The notes beneath the pieces are model-generated. The model was not told where the DNA came from. It did no database searches and saw only the letters and a list, made by a program, of their open reading frames with translations. Source: an uncultured Alphaproteobacteria bacterium (GTDB taxonomy: Bacteria; Pseudomonadota; Alphaproteobacteria; RF32; CAG-239). Taken from it: a DNA stretch of 64,000 nucleotides. How positions within the stretch are numbered: the first letter of the stretch is position 1; the number at the start of each line of letters is the position of its first letter. The position numbers and the translations under genes were made by a program. The stretch covers positions 4,291 to 68,290 of the forward strand of contig CALXZJ010000003.1 in assembly GCA_944393235.1 (NCBI GenBank), in the 5' to 3' direction. This document shows positions 49,386-60,538 of the stretch, piece by piece.

Positions 49386-51143
49386 TTATTCATCCTCATT
49401 TTCTGTTATGGTCATGTTTTCATCGTCGGCTTCTTCGTTTTTAACGCTTTCTGCCAAGTTTGTTTTGCGTGTTACAGTGTCAATCCGAGCACCTTTAAAT
49501 TCACTTAATATCGCTTTGACAAGCGGGTATTCTGAAATGTTGCGTTTGTCTTGTTCCAACACGGCTTTTTCTTTGTCAGCCAAAGTTTCGCCCAATGGAC
49601 CGCGGCGGATTTCAATCTGCCAGTTTCGGCCGGTGGCTTCAGTTAAGGCTTTTTGCAGATTGAGCATAAAATCCGGCTGGGTTTTGTCGGAAATTGCCAT
49701 TTTGAGTCTGCCGTTGCCGAATTCTTCTACCGAAACATCGTTTTTTAAAGCATAAAGCAAGAGCATTTTTTTGTGCTCTTCCAAATATGCGGCGAATTCT
49801 TCAATTCGGGAAAAAGGACAGTCTTTGGCTTCAGCCGTTATATTTATAACGGGTTTTTCTGCCGTATTGTTTAAAGCAGAAGGAGCGGTTGCTGTATTAA
49901 TTGTTGCGGCTTTTTCAACGGCTTTTGTCTGCGTAACGGTAAATTGTAACGGTTTTATGCCGGTATTAGAGTTTTTTTTTATGTCATCCAAAAGTTCGGC
50001 CGGTGTCGGCAGGTTTGCTGAATATGCCGTCCGAATCAAAATCATTTCCAGGGCATCAAGTGCTGAGGGCGCGGTGTTTATTTCGCTTAAACCTTTTATA
50101 AGCATTTGCCACATGCGTGACAAAACAGCTATGGAAAGTTTGCTTGCCAGATTTTCGCATAAGTTACGTTCGTTTTCACCCAATGTCTCGGCATTTAAAG
50201 AGCCGGGAATAATTTTGACCTTGGCTAACATGTGGGTGATGTTAATTAAATCTTGTAAAACCACCAGCGGGTTGGCGCCATTTTTGTATTGTTCTGCCAG
50301 ATTTTTTAAAACTGCCGGAATGTCGCCTTGTACCAAGTGCTCAAACAAATCAAGCATTTTGTTGCGGTCTGCCAAGCCAATCATTTCAACCACTGTTTCG
50401 GTCTTGATTTTGCCGTTACCCAAAACAATGGCTTGATCCAGCATTGATAAGCCGTCGCGAGCGGAACCGTCGGCGGCGCGTGCTACCATTTCTAAGGCTT
50501 CTTCGTCGGCAGCAATGTTTTCAGCACTTAAAACTTTATGAAAAAGTTTTAAGAGAGTTGCAATTGTCAGGCGTTGCAGATCAAAGCGTTGGCAGCGCGA
50601 AAGAATTGTAACCGGAACTTTACGGATTTCCGTGGTGGCAAAAATAAATTTTACATGAGCCGGCGGTTCTTCTAAAGTTTTTAATAAAGCATTGAAGGCG
50701 CCTTTAGAAAGCATGTGGACTTCATCGATGATGTATATTTTATAACGCGCGTTGGTCGGTTTATAGCGAACGCCATCTAAAAGCTCGCGGATATCATCTA
50801 CACCGGTGCGGGATGCCGCATCAAGTTCCATCACGTCAATGTGGCGACCGGCGGCAATCGCTTTACAGTTTTCGCATGCGCCGCAAGGGTGAATGGTTGG
50901 GCCGCCTTTGCCGTCTAAACCGGTGCAATTTAATGCGCGTGCAATCAGACGAGCCGTTGTGGTTTTGCCAACCCCGCGGATGCCGGTTAAAATGTAGGCA
51001 TGATGCAAGCGGTTGTTTTTGATGGCATTGGTTAAAGTTTGCACCAAGGCATCTTGTCCGAGCAAATCTTCAAATGTTTGCGGGCGATATTTGCGGGCAA
51101 GTACCACATATTGATTTTGATTGTTTTCTTCTTCAGCCATCAT
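49386..51143 (-). CDS. dnaX: DNA polymerase III tau/gamma
   Basis: LARKYRP, GIRGVGKTT, IDEVHMLS, SRCQRF; start moved downstream of ffs. Confidence 0.97.
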   Translation of the reverse strand: MMAEEENNQNQYVVLARKYRPQTFEDLLGQDALVQTLTNAIKNNRLHHAYILTGIRGVGKTTTARLIARALNCTGLDGKGGPTIHPCGACENCKAIAAGRHIDVMELDAASRTGVDDIRELLDGVRYKPTNARYKIYIIDEVHMLSKGAFNALLKTLEEPPAHVKFIFATTEIRKVPVTILSRCQRFDLQRLTIATLLKLFHKVLSAENIAADEEALEMVARAADGSARDGLSMLDQAIVLGNGKIKTETVVEMIGLADRNKMLDLFEHLVQGDIPAVLKNLAEQYKNGANPLVVLQDLINITHMLAKVKIIPGSLNAETLGENERNLCENLASKLSIAVLSRMWQMLIKGLSEINTAPSALDALEMILIRTAYSANLPTPAELLDDIKKNSNTGIKPLQFTVTQTKAVEKAATINTATAPSALNNTAEKPVINITAEAKDCPFSRIEEFAAYLEEHKKMLLLYALKNDVSVEEFGNGRLKMAISDKTQPDFMLNLQKALTEATGRNWQIEIRRGPLGETLADKEKAVLEQDKRNISEYPLVKAILSEFKGARIDTVTRKTNLAESVKNEEADDENMTITENEDE

Positions 51144-51159
51144 TTTCTCTAAAACAGGG

Positions 51160-51248
51160 TGAAGGGACAAAAACCCCGATGCATCCGTTACGGCTGCTTC
51201 CTTCCGAACCTGACCGGGTTGGCGGATGAGTCGGCCTTTTGCCCTTCA
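51160..51248 (-). ncRNA. ffs: SRP RNA (4.5S)
   Basis: Minus strand CCGGTCAGGTTCGGAAGGAAGCAGCC domain IV; closing stem tgaaggg/cccttca; upstream of dnaX. Confidence 0.93.
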
Positions 51249-51334
51249 TTAAAAAACTTATATTTAATATTGTGAAAATCTGTTCGATTTTCAAGCAAAA
51301 AATTGAACTATCAACACGTCAAAAAGCTTAAAAA

Positions 51335-52753
51335 TCACCAATTGCCGCGAAAGATAAAACCTTCAAAAGCCGGGGGCTCTTGGTCGAATAAAAGTTTTTC
51401 GGCGGCGGCTTGATCTTTCCCATAGATTTTGGGCATAGATGTTGGTAAAATTGATGTAAAATCTACAGTTGGCGTTGATGTAAATTTTTTTGGAGCTTTG
51501 TTGATAACTTGTGTGCCGGAAGCTGTTATTTGCATAATATCCAAGCTATGTTGGTTGCTGCCGTCGGCAAAAATACGAAATGCACCATTGATGCCGATGT
51601 AGCCGTTGCTGTCGGTGATGTATTTTTCTAAATTTTTTGGATTTTTGCGCGCTAAGGCTGAAGCTAAAGCTATGCCGTCATAGCCAAAACTGAACAATTG
51701 GTTTGGTTTGGCTCCGAAATAGGTTTCATACTTTTCGTTGAAATAGGTGTTATGAATGCGCGACATCGCCGGAAAAACGCCATGATAAAGCGTGGTTTCT
51801 TTTGATAAATTGGTGTTTTCCCATACAGATGTTCCCATAAACAACACGTCCGGATAGCTGATGTCATAATAGCCAAACATGGATACGGCAGATTTTAACC
51901 GGTTCCCGGTTTCGGGTATTAGAATCGCATTAAAATCAACCGCGCCGGTGGTGTAAACGGTTTTTAAAAGTTTGAGTTCTTTTTCAGCTTCTTGGTTGCC
52001 GGCTTTTGCTTCGCGGCTTAAAAGTTCCTTGCGTTCATTGATGTCGATAGAGCGTTCTTCATAATCGGTCATAGATTTGACAATTTGCGCAAAATCAAGA
52101 GTTTCCGGTGGATAGAACCCGATTTTTACAATTTCGGCATGGTGGCGAGCGGCTGTTTTTAATGCGGCTTTGGCTAGGTTTATGCCATAGTTATTGTCGG
52201 GAACCAGAAGGGCTATTTTGTTTCGATTTTCTTGACCGGCGTAAGCAATTATCCGTTCCATTTGTTCATTGCTTAAAAGCCCAAGTGTGTAAATGCCCGG
52301 TTGTAAAACATCCGGTGAGGTAGAAAAAGAAATGACAGGCACATCTTTAGATTTTGCCGTACTGCTGATTGCAGAAACTTCAGCCGATGTTAAAGGTCCT
52401 AAAATAAGCCGGTTTTCATCACGAATGGCTTCTAATGCAGCCGTTTCGGCTCCGGCAGGTGAACTTTGCGTGTCATAAAAACTAACAAGCAAGCGAGAAT
52501 TATCAGCATCTTCAAGCGCCATCATGGCGGCGTTTTTCAGCCCTTGTCCGTAAGGCGCCCCTTTGCCGCTTAAAGGTAAAAGCATGGCAACTTTGAAATT
52601 GTTTTCCGCCTTGAAAAATGAGGTGTCAACGGGGGAGCCATGGCTCGTGTCCCAACTGCCGCCGCGCATGGAAATCCGGTTACGATCGGATATGCCGCAG
52701 GCTGCTAAAACGAAAATTAAAAAACAGACAGCTAATTTTTTAAACACTTGCAT
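51335..52753 (-). CDS. LppC/LpoA-like penicillin-binding protein activator lipoprotein
   Basis: Lipobox LAAC, VAMLLPLSG, ILGPL, GYDG, GINGAFR; divergent from rsmI. Confidence 0.85.
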   Translation of the reverse strand: MQVFKKLAVCFLIFVLAACGISDRNRISMRGGSWDTSHGSPVDTSFFKAENNFKVAMLLPLSGKGAPYGQGLKNAAMMALEDADNSRLLVSFYDTQSSPAGAETAALEAIRDENRLILGPLTSAEVSAISSTAKSKDVPVISFSTSPDVLQPGIYTLGLLSNEQMERIIAYAGQENRNKIALLVPDNNYGINLAKAALKTAARHHAEIVKIGFYPPETLDFAQIVKSMTDYEERSIDINERKELLSREAKAGNQEAEKELKLLKTVYTTGAVDFNAILIPETGNRLKSAVSMFGYYDISYPDVLFMGTSVWENTNLSKETTLYHGVFPAMSRIHNTYFNEKYETYFGAKPNQLFSFGYDGIALASALARKNPKNLEKYITDSNGYIGINGAFRIFADGSNQHSLDIMQITASGTQVINKAPKKFTSTPTVDFTSILPTSMPKIYGKDQAAAEKLLFDQEPPAFEGFIFRGNW

Positions 52754-52828
52754 TTTTTCCTAAAATATAAAACAATTCACCTTATAAAATATGTAGACTA
52801 AAAAACCTCTAATGTAAAGAGTTATAAA

Positions 52829-53659
52829 ATGTTAAAATGCGGTTTGTATATTGTGGCTACACCAATCGGTAACTTAAAAGATATTTCAGCACGAGCCCTT
52901 GATGTTTTGAGCGATGCCGAAGTCATTGCCTGCGAAGATACGCGTGTGGCGCGCAAACTTTTTTCGTTGTTGGGTTTGCCGCTTAATAAAACTTTTATTT
53001 GCTATGAGGATCATCATGAAAAAATCAAGGCGCCGGACATTGCCGCTTTGATTCAAAACGGGCAATCCGTGGCGCTTGTCAGCGATGCAGGGTCGCCGCT
53101 GATTTCTGATCCGGGGTATAAATTGGTACGTTATTGCCGAGAACGCGACATTCCGCTTTGGGTTGTTCCCGGCGCATCGGCGGTTATTTCTGCTTTGCAG
53201 CTTTCGGGGCTGCCGACCAACCGATTTATGTTTGCCGGTTTTATTCCGAATAAAGACAAAGCTCGCAAAGATTTGTTTACAGAATTGAAAAACATCAATA
53301 CAACTCTGATTTTTTATGAAACAGCACCAAGGCTTGTCAAAACACTTTGGGCAGGAGATGAAATTTTTGGTATGCGCGAAGCGGCGGTTGCTCGTGAAAT
53401 TACAAAGATTTATGAAGAATGTCGCAATGGTACGTGTGCTGAACTGGTGGATTATTTTGAAAAAAATCCGCCAAAAGGCGAAATCGTGTTGATGGTTGCA
53501 CCGCCATGCGAATCGGCAGAAAAAAGTTTTGATGTTGAAGCCGAGCTTAAAAAAAGGTTGGCGGTTATGAGCTTAAAAACTGCCGTCAAGGAAGTCGCGG
53601 AACTTTCCGGTCAAAATCGAAATGAAATTTATGCAACGGCTTTGGCGTTAAAAAAATGA
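52829..53659 (+). CDS. rsmI: 16S rRNA C1402 2'-O-methyltransferase
   Basis: LYIVATPIGNL.DIS.RA, VSDAG.P.ISDPG. Confidence 0.96.
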   Translation: MLKCGLYIVATPIGNLKDISARALDVLSDAEVIACEDTRVARKLFSLLGLPLNKTFICYEDHHEKIKAPDIAALIQNGQSVALVSDAGSPLISDPGYKLVRYCRERDIPLWVVPGASAVISALQLSGLPTNRFMFAGFIPNKDKARKDLFTELKNINTTLIFYETAPRLVKTLWAGDEIFGMREAAVAREITKIYEECRNGTCAELVDYFEKNPPKGEIVLMVAPPCESAEKSFDVEAELKKRLAVMSLKTAVKEVAELSGQNRNEIYATALALKK

Positions 53660-54039
53660 AAACTCGGCTGAAAAATGTTATTGATATTTTTAAGCAGCGC
53701 GGCAAACGAGCGGAATTTTTGGCGCGCTGGTATCTCAGACTGCACGGGTATCGTATTTTGTGTCAGAATTATGTGACATGGCGCAGAGCCGGTGCCGGCG
53801 AAGTTGATATTATTGCGAATCGTGGAAAAACTTTAGTGTTTGTTGAAGTAAAGAGTCGGAAAAATCTGGAAAAAGCAGCTTTCGCAATCAAGCCGCAGCA
53901 GCGTCAGCGGTTGATGCGGGCGGCATTATGTTTTTTGCAGGATAATCCATCGTATGGGACGTATGATGTGCGGTTTGATGCCGTGTTGGTCTGTCTGCCG
54001 TTTCGGGTTAAGCATATTCCGGATGCCTGGCGTCCATAA
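53656..54039 (+). CDS. yraN: YraN family endonuclease-like protein
   Basis: GEVDIIA...FVEVK.R, RFD. Confidence 0.9.
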   Translation: MKTRLKNVIDIFKQRGKRAEFLARWYLRLHGYRILCQNYVTWRRAGAGEVDIIANRGKTLVFVEVKSRKNLEKAAFAIKPQQRQRLMRAALCFLQDNPSYGTYDVRFDAVLVCLPFRVKHIPDAWRP

Positions 54040-54060
54040 TTGATTTTAGATACATAAAAA

Positions 54061-54089
54061 CAAAGCTCCTTTTTAAAAAAGGAGCTTTG
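54061..54089. terminator. Hairpin between convergent genes
   Basis: caaagctccttttt/aaaaaggagctttg. Confidence 0.65.
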
Positions 54090-54105
54090 CATCTGTCAAA
54101 ATTGT

Positions 54106-54957
54106 TTATTTTTTAACCGGCTCGGGTTCGGGAATTTTTTTCCCTTCCAGGTCATATTTTTCAACACTGCCAGCTTTGTATAAGTTATCAAAAGTTTCAG
54201 CGACAACCTGCTGAGTGAGCATGTTGCGAATCTGCGGTTCAAGATCTTGCAGAGGCAGCGGGGTGGAATCGCGGAAATCTTCAGCGAAAATAATGTGATA
54301 GCCGAACTGAGTTTTGACAGGAGCTTTGGTGTATTCACCTTTCTTTAAGGCAAAAGCGGCTTGGGTAAATTCCGGAACCATAATGTCTTCGGTGAAATAG
54401 CCAAGTTCAACAGACGAATCCTTGGTATAATCTTTGGCAAGTTCATCAAAGTTGCCGCCGTTGTTTAATTTTTCAATCACTTCGTTAGCGGTTTTTTCGT
54501 CTTCGACCAAAATGTGTTTGGCTTTTACTTCTTTTTTGCTTTCAAACTTTTTCAGGTAAGTGTTATCGTAAGCATTTTTAATGGCTGCGTCATTGACTTT
54601 TTCTTGGACCAGCTGTTCTAAGTAAATTTTACGAGCCAAATCTTCTTGAACAATTTTTAATTGTTCTTTATATTCCGGCGTTTCCTGAACTTTGGCATTG
54701 CTTGCTGCCTGGTAAAGCAAAGCGCCGTTAACATAAATGTCAATAGCTTGGGGGTAAAATTGTTCAAACGTCATTTGGGCAGCCAGTTGAGGATTGGCTT
54801 CATAACCCTTTTTGACGTCTTCAATGCTGATGACTTCGCCATTAACACGGGCGGCAACCCCTGCATTTTTTTCAGCGTAGACCTTAAAGGCACCAAAGGC
54901 AGCTGCTGCAATTACGACAACAGCAGCCGTTGTGGTTAAAGCGTATTTTTTTTGCAT
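54106..54957 (-). CDS. Parvulin-type peptidyl-prolyl isomerase (PrsA/SurA-like)
   Basis: AKHILV, MVPEF..AAF.L, PVKTQFGYHII; GGAGG RBS. Confidence 0.92.
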   Translation of the reverse strand: MQKKYALTTTAAVVVIAAAAFGAFKVYAEKNAGVAARVNGEVISIEDVKKGYEANPQLAAQMTFEQFYPQAIDIYVNGALLYQAASNAKVQETPEYKEQLKIVQEDLARKIYLEQLVQEKVNDAAIKNAYDNTYLKKFESKKEVKAKHILVEDEKTANEVIEKLNNGGNFDELAKDYTKDSSVELGYFTEDIMVPEFTQAAFALKKGEYTKAPVKTQFGYHIIFAEDFRDSTPLPLQDLEPQIRNMLTQQVVAETFDNLYKAGSVEKYDLEGKKIPEPEPVKK

Positions 54958-55120
54958 ATTTTCCTCCATATATAAAAAATCACTGCCTAAAGATATAAAC
55001 TTTTTTTTGTAATATTCCAAGTATTTTTTATAAGTCGTTTATAACTTTATGCCATAGTATTGACAATGATTTTGATAAACACTAAATGTAGTTTATTGTG
55101 AATAAAGTAAGGTAAAACAA

Positions 55121-57874
55121 ATGTTAAATAAAATAGCTCGCACGCTTTTTGGCAGTGCTAATGACAGATTTGTAAAAAAACAGTTTAAAATTGTAGAAAA
55201 AATCAATGCTTTAGAGCCTGATTTTATCAAGTTAACCGACGGTGAGCTCAAAGCTAAAACCGATGAATTCCGCCAAAGGATTAAAGACGGCGAAACTTTG
55301 GATGAACTTCTGCCGGAGGCTTTTGCTACCGTGCGTGAAGCCGCTAAACGCACTTTAGGGCAGCGCCATTATGACGTGCAGATGGTGGGCGGCATTGTGC
55401 TGCACAAAGGTATGATTGCCGAGATGAAAACCGGTGAAGGTAAAACGTTGGTGGCAACTTTGGCGGCTTATCTTAACGCTTTGGAAGGAAAAGGCGTGCA
55501 TATCGTGACGGTTAATGACTATCTGGCCAAGCGCGATGCTGAATGGATGGGGCAGATTTATCGCTTTTTAGGCCTGACGGTTGATTATATCGTTCATGAG
55601 AAAAACGATAATGAGCGGCGGGCGGCTTACAACTCAGACATTATTTACGGTACAAACAATGAGCTGGGTTTTGATTATTTGCGCGATAATATGAAGTTTA
55701 ATTTGGAAGACCGGGTACAGCGCGATTTTAATTTTGCCATTGTCGATGAAGTGGACTCTATTTTGATTGACGAAGCCAGAACACCGCTGATTATTTCCGG
55801 TGCGGCGGAAGATTCTTCCGAGCGCTATATCAGCGTCAATAAAATTATCCCGCAATTGACGACTGCTGATTATGAAAAAGATGAGAAAGCACGCACGGTC
55901 ACTTTAACTGAAGCCGGTATGACGCATGTGGAGCAGTTGTTAAAGGAAGTCGGGCTGATACAAGAAGGCGGTTTGTATGATATCGGCAATGTGCAGCTGG
56001 TGCATCATGTTAATCAGGCTTTGCGGGCGCATAAAATGTTTACCCGCGATGTGGATTACATTGTCAAAGACGGCAGAGTGGTGATTGTTGATGAATTTAC
56101 CGGACGTATTATGGAAGGCCGCCGTTACAGCGACGGCTTGCACCAAGCTTTGGAAGCCAAAGAGCATGTTAATATTCAATCCGAAAACCAAACTTTGGCA
56201 TCCATTACGTTCCAAAATTATTTCCGGCTTTATCCGAAGCTTTCCGGCATGACAGGTACAGCAATGACCGAGGAGGCTGAATTTAACGATATTTACGGTT
56301 TGTCTTGTGTGGAAATTCCGACCAACAAACCGGTTATCCGCCAAGATGAGCATGATGTGATTTATCGGACGGAAAAGGAAAAATATAAAGCGATTATTGA
56401 TACGATTTTGGATTGTCATCGCCGCGGTCAGCCGGTTTTGGTGGGTACGACCTCGGTTGAAAAATCGGAAATTGTAGCAGATTTATTGAAAAAAGCGGCG
56501 CCGGATTTGCATTTTGAAGTGTTAAACGCCCGTCATCACGAACGTGAGGCAGCTATTGTGGCACAAGCCGGTGTTTTGGGCGCGGTTACGATTGCAACTA
56601 ATATGGCCGGACGCGGTACCGATATTCAGTTAGGCGGTAATTTAGATATGAAATTAAAATCTGTTTTGACAGGGAATGAAACGCCGGAACAGGTCAATGA
56701 GATTAAAGAAAAATTGAAAAAAGAAATTGAGGCGGATAAGCAAAAAGTTCTGGAAGCAGGCGGGTTGTATATTTTGGGTACGGAACGGCATGAAAGCCGG
56801 CGAATCGATAACCAACTGCGCGGACGTTCCGGTCGACAGGGTGACCCGGGAACTTCAAAATTTTTCCTTTCAATGGAAGATGATTTGATGCGGATATTTG
56901 GTTCTGAGCGTATGTCTTCCGTGTTGCAAAAACTCGGGCTTCCGGAAGGTGAGGCTTTGGTGCATCCGTGGATTAGCAAGGCTTTGGAAAAAGCGCAGCA
57001 GAAAGTTGAGGAACGCAATTTTGATATTCGTAAAAACTTGTTAAAATATGACAATGTTATGAATGAACAGCGTAAGGTGATTTATGCCCAACGCAAAGAG
57101 TTGATGGAAACCGATGATGTTTCGGATACGGTTAGAGATATGCGCCAAGAATATTTGAGCGGTGTTATTGCCGGTTGTGTTCCATATGGCAGTGCGGTTG
57201 AAGAATGGCGTTGCGAAGAGTTAAAACAAGAGTTGGCTAAAGTTACCGGTTTTGTTCTGCCGGTTAGCAATTGGGCAAATGAACCGGAAATTGACAGCGA
57301 AGAAATGACGCAGAAAATTTTGGATGAGGTGGAAAAACGTATTGCAGAAAAAAATGAAAAAGTTCCGGACAATATTGTCAAATTGGTGGAAAAAAGCATT
57401 TTGCTGCAGATGTTGGATCAGTTATGGAAAGACCATATTGCCACCCTTGATATGATGCGGCATACGATTGTTTTACGTGCTTATGGGCAAAAAGATCCGC
57501 TTAATGAATATAAGCGGGAAGCATTTAATATGTTTTCTAATATGTTGGATGTGTTAAAAGAGCAGGTTACGATTGTTGTTTGTCGGACAGTTATTAAAAG
57601 CAATGCTGAAGAATCAATGCAGCGGGCAGAACAACGCCAGCAAAATGTTAAAATGCAAGCCGTGCATGAACAACCACAAAATCTGGTTGGCGGCAGCCGA
57701 CAGAGTGCGGCGGAACAGCCGGCAGCAGAAGAAAATAAGCCAGAACCTTTCCGTTATGGCAGCGGCGAAATTAATCCCAATGATCCGTCAACTTGGGGTA
57801 AGGTTGCCCGCAATGATCCTTGTCCTTGCGGCAGTGGTAAAAAATATAAGCATTGTCACGGACGAATTGAGTAA
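55121..57874 (+). CDS. secA: Preprotein translocase SecA
   Basis: [40 protein letters not shown]. Confidence 0.98.
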   Translation: MLNKIARTLFGSANDRFVKKQFKIVEKINALEPDFIKLTDGELKAKTDEFRQRIKDGETLDELLPEAFATVREAAKRTLGQRHYDVQMVGGIVLHKGMIAEMKTGEGKTLVATLAAYLNALEGKGVHIVTVNDYLAKRDAEWMGQIYRFLGLTVDYIVHEKNDNERRAAYNSDIIYGTNNELGFDYLRDNMKFNLEDRVQRDFNFAIVDEVDSILIDEARTPLIISGAAEDSSERYISVNKIIPQLTTADYEKDEKARTVTLTEAGMTHVEQLLKEVGLIQEGGLYDIGNVQLVHHVNQALRAHKMFTRDVDYIVKDGRVVIVDEFTGRIMEGRRYSDGLHQALEAKEHVNIQSENQTLASITFQNYFRLYPKLSGMTGTAMTEEAEFNDIYGLSCVEIPTNKPVIRQDEHDVIYRTEKEKYKAIIDTILDCHRRGQPVLVGTTSVEKSEIVADLLKKAAPDLHFEVLNARHHEREAAIVAQAGVLGAVTIATNMAGRGTDIQLGGNLDMKLKSVLTGNETPEQVNEIKEKLKKEIEADKQKVLEAGGLYILGTERHESRRIDNQLRGRSGRQGDPGTSKFFLSMEDDLMRIFGSERMSSVLQKLGLPEGEALVHPWISKALEKAQQKVEERNFDIRKNLLKYDNVMNEQRKVIYAQRKELMETDDVSDTVRDMRQEYLSGVIAGCVPYGSAVEEWRCEELKQELAKVTGFVLPVSNWANEPEIDSEEMTQKILDEVEKRIAEKNEKVPDNIVKLVEKSILLQMLDQLWKDHIATLDMMRHTIVLRAYGQKDPLNEYKREAFNMFSNMLDVLKEQVTIVVCRTVIKSNAEESMQRAEQRQQNVKMQAVHEQPQNLVGGSRQSAAEQPAAEENKPEPFRYGSGEINPNDPSTWGKVARNDPCPCGSGKKYKHCHGRIE

Positions 57875-57876
57875 TG

Positions 57877-57906
57877 AAAAAAGCACCCTTACGCGGGTGC
57901 TTTTTT
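57877..57906 (+). terminator. Intrinsic terminator after secA
   Basis: aaaaaagcaccc...gggtgctttttt. Confidence 0.8.
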
Positions 57907-58001
57907 GTGGCGTATTTAATTGCTAGGGTTATGATAGATTTTATCTGAAAATATTGAAAAATGCTTGGCGGTTTTGTTTTTTTTGATATAAACCTTTTGA
58001 T

Positions 58002-58991
58002 ATGAATAATGATTTATCAAAAAAGCTTTTAGACTGGTATGTTGCAAGTGGTCGTGATTTGCCGTGGCGTTTTAAGGGCGGCGCGCATCCTAGCCCATAT
58101 GCCGTGTTGGTTTCGGAAATTATGCTCCAACAAACAACGGTTAAAACGGTTTTGTCCTATTTTGAGCGGTTTATGAAACGTTTTCCGACAGTTGAAGCGT
58201 TAGCTGCGGCACCAATTGAAGAGGTTTATCTTTACTGGCAGGGGTTGGGTTATTATTCCCGTGCGCGTGCGCTGCATGCGTCGGCAAAAATGATTGTCAG
58301 TGATTTCGGCGGCGTATTTCCTTTTCGCAAAGAGGATGTCAGGAAATTAAAAGGCCTCGGGGATTATACCGTTGCCAGTTTTCTGGCTCTGGCTTTTAAT
58401 CTGCCGGAAACGGTGGTGGACGGTAACGTGATGCGCATTATATGCCGTTTATATCATCTGACGCAGCCGCTTGACGAGCTTAAAGACATTATCCGGCAAA
58501 AGGCGGAAGCCCTAACCGATAAAGCTCATCCGGCCGATTATGCTTCGGCTATTATGGATTTGGGCGCGCTTGTGTGTACGCCTAAAAAGCCGCAATGTCT
58601 ACTTTGCCCGTGGAAGGGAGCTTGTTTGTCGTTCGGGCGCGCTGATATTGAGAAAATTCCGCTGCGTATCAAGCCCTTAAAAAAAGAAATCAACGGTTTT
58701 GTTTATATTATCCGTAATCAAAACGGCGATGTGTTTATCCGTAAACGGACGGAAAAAGGCTTGCTTTCCGGCTTGTACGAGTTTCCGTGGAGCGAGGGAG
58801 AAATCTTTGCCGGTGCCGAAAAAAGCGGTTTGATTGTTACACATATTTTTACACATATCCGGATGCGGCTTGAAATTTGTTTTGTTCAGACTGAAAATGC
58901 CGGTGACGGTTTTTTTGTTAAAGCCGCGGATTTGGATTTATATCCTTTTTCAACCTTGATGAAGAAGGTCAGACAAAAAGCTTTACTTTAG
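58002..58991 (+). CDS. mutY: A/G-specific adenine glycosylase
   Basis: VSEIMLQQT, WQGLGYYSRA, VDGNV, CTPKKPQCLLCP...C. Confidence 0.94.
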   Translation: MNNDLSKKLLDWYVASGRDLPWRFKGGAHPSPYAVLVSEIMLQQTTVKTVLSYFERFMKRFPTVEALAAAPIEEVYLYWQGLGYYSRARALHASAKMIVSDFGGVFPFRKEDVRKLKGLGDYTVASFLALAFNLPETVVDGNVMRIICRLYHLTQPLDELKDIIRQKAEALTDKAHPADYASAIMDLGALVCTPKKPQCLLCPWKGACLSFGRADIEKIPLRIKPLKKEINGFVYIIRNQNGDVFIRKRTEKGLLSGLYEFPWSEGEIFAGAEKSGLIVTHIFTHIRMRLEICFVQTENAGDGFFVKAADLDLYPFSTLMKKVRQKALL

Positions 58992-59317
58992 AGATTTTTT
59001 TTAAGAACAAATGTCCGGTAGAGATAAAAAAAGTCGGCAATAAATGTATATGTATGCGGTTCATAAGGTAAAAACAAAAGGGTGCATGCTAAAAAATATT
59101 GCGGTAATGGCGAAAATATTGCTTTGGAAGCGAAAAAAGTATATGTCTTTTGGCTTTTATAAGGAAGATTCTTCTTGCGTTTAAAAATTTTATATGTTAC
59201 ATACTGTTTCCGAGTTAGGGGCTTTTATGCATGAACTATATAAGTAACCGTGGTAAAAGCCGTTGTTTTTATCCGCTTTGCCTGACAAAGCAATAGAGAA
59301 AAGAAAGGAATTTTAAT

Positions 59318-59824
59318 ATGAGACATGGTGATAAACATAGAAGATTTAATATGCCGAAAAGCCAACGCAGAGCTTTGTTTTCAAATTTGACAAACGCTTT
59401 GCTGACACATGAACAAATCAGTGTGACTTTGCCGCGTGCCAAAGAGTTGCGTACTTTTGCCGACAACATGATTACTTATGCCAAAAAAGGTGATTTAAAC
59501 AGTCGTCGTCTGGCTTTAGGTTTCTTGCGCGATAATGAAGTGGTTTCTAAGCTTTTCTCAACATTGGCAGAACGCTACAAAAATCGCAACGGCGGTTATA
59601 CACGGGTTTTGAAAGCCGGTTTCCGTTATGGCGATTGTGCTCCGATGGCTATCATTGAGCTGGTGGATCGTGATGTTAATGCCAAAGGTGCTAAAGACTT
59701 AGCCCGCGTTGCTGCCGAAAAAGCAGCAGCTGCCGCTGCTGAAGCTGCAGCCGAAGCACCGGTCGAAGAAGCGCCGAAGGCTGAAAAGAAAGCGAAAAAA
59801 TCTAAAAAAGAAGATGCTGAATAG
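59318..59824 (+). CDS. rplQ: 50S ribosomal protein L17 (Ala/Lys/Glu tail)
   Basis: MRHG, TLPRAKELR, RNGGYTR. Confidence 0.97.
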   Translation: MRHGDKHRRFNMPKSQRRALFSNLTNALLTHEQISVTLPRAKELRTFADNMITYAKKGDLNSRRLALGFLRDNEVVSKLFSTLAERYKNRNGGYTRVLKAGFRYGDCAPMAIIELVDRDVNAKGAKDLARVAAEKAAAAAAEAAAEAPVEEAPKAEKKAKKSKKEDAE

Positions 59825-59841
59825 TTCTTCATTTTAAGCAA

Positions 59842-59875
59842 TAAAAAACGAATCGGGTAACCGGTTCGTTTTTTT
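59842..59875 (+). terminator. Intrinsic terminator after rplQ
   Basis: aaaaaacgaatcgg/ccggttcgtttttt. Confidence 0.75.
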
Positions 59876-59936
59876 GTTGCAGAGATGAGAATTTCTTTCT
59901 ACATTGAATATATTCATAATAACGGGAGTAAAATAT

Positions 59937-60485
59937 ATGCGAAAGATAATTGGCTTAATGGGGGTGGTTTTGAGTTTGTGCGGTTTTACCAGTCTTTCCG
60001 GACAAACAAATTCGCTTGAGATAGAAAATAATAATACAGCATGGGAAATTGAGCAAAGCGGCAGTGCGTCGGTTCGTGCATATAATTCACAATCGCAGAT
60101 GGAAATTGTTGTGAATATGAGTAGTTTGCTGCCATCATCGCCGCTTTGTATTTCAAACGAACGAATTAAAGACATTAAATTTACCTTAAATATTTTTAAG
60201 GTTGCTCAACGTGGAGATGGCGATTGGGCAAAATCGTTTGAAAAAACCCGCATCCAATTTTCGCGTCCGGGTGAAAGCGAAGAGCGTCGCATATACGGTT
60301 CAACGTTAATCAAAAACAATGCCAAATTTCAAGAAGGTGATGTGGTAAATATCGGCATGTTGGAATTTTTATCACCATTTACTTGTGATAAACTTAATGA
60401 AACGCGGTTGCGAATCGTTAATATGCGTGCCGGCAACCGCAGTTTACCAACATTGGATTTTACCGTGAAGTTTGAAAATCAATAA
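59937..60485 (+). CDS. Hypothetical exported protein
   Basis: Signal-peptide-like N-terminus, GGAG RBS. Confidence 0.6.
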   Translation: MRKIIGLMGVVLSLCGFTSLSGQTNSLEIENNNTAWEIEQSGSASVRAYNSQSQMEIVVNMSSLLPSSPLCISNERIKDIKFTLNIFKVAQRGDGDWAKSFEKTRIQFSRPGESEERRIYGSTLIKNNAKFQEGDVVNIGMLEFLSPFTCDKLNETRLRIVNMRAGNRSLPTLDFTVKFENQ

Positions 60486-60538
60486 ATATGATTTAGTTAT
60501 AAACGGCATGGCAAACTGATATTAAAATAGACTAAAAA

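Noticed and set aside
51144-51170. Longer dnaX start
   Set aside because: Overlaps the SRP RNA; the ATGs at 51143/51140 fit better
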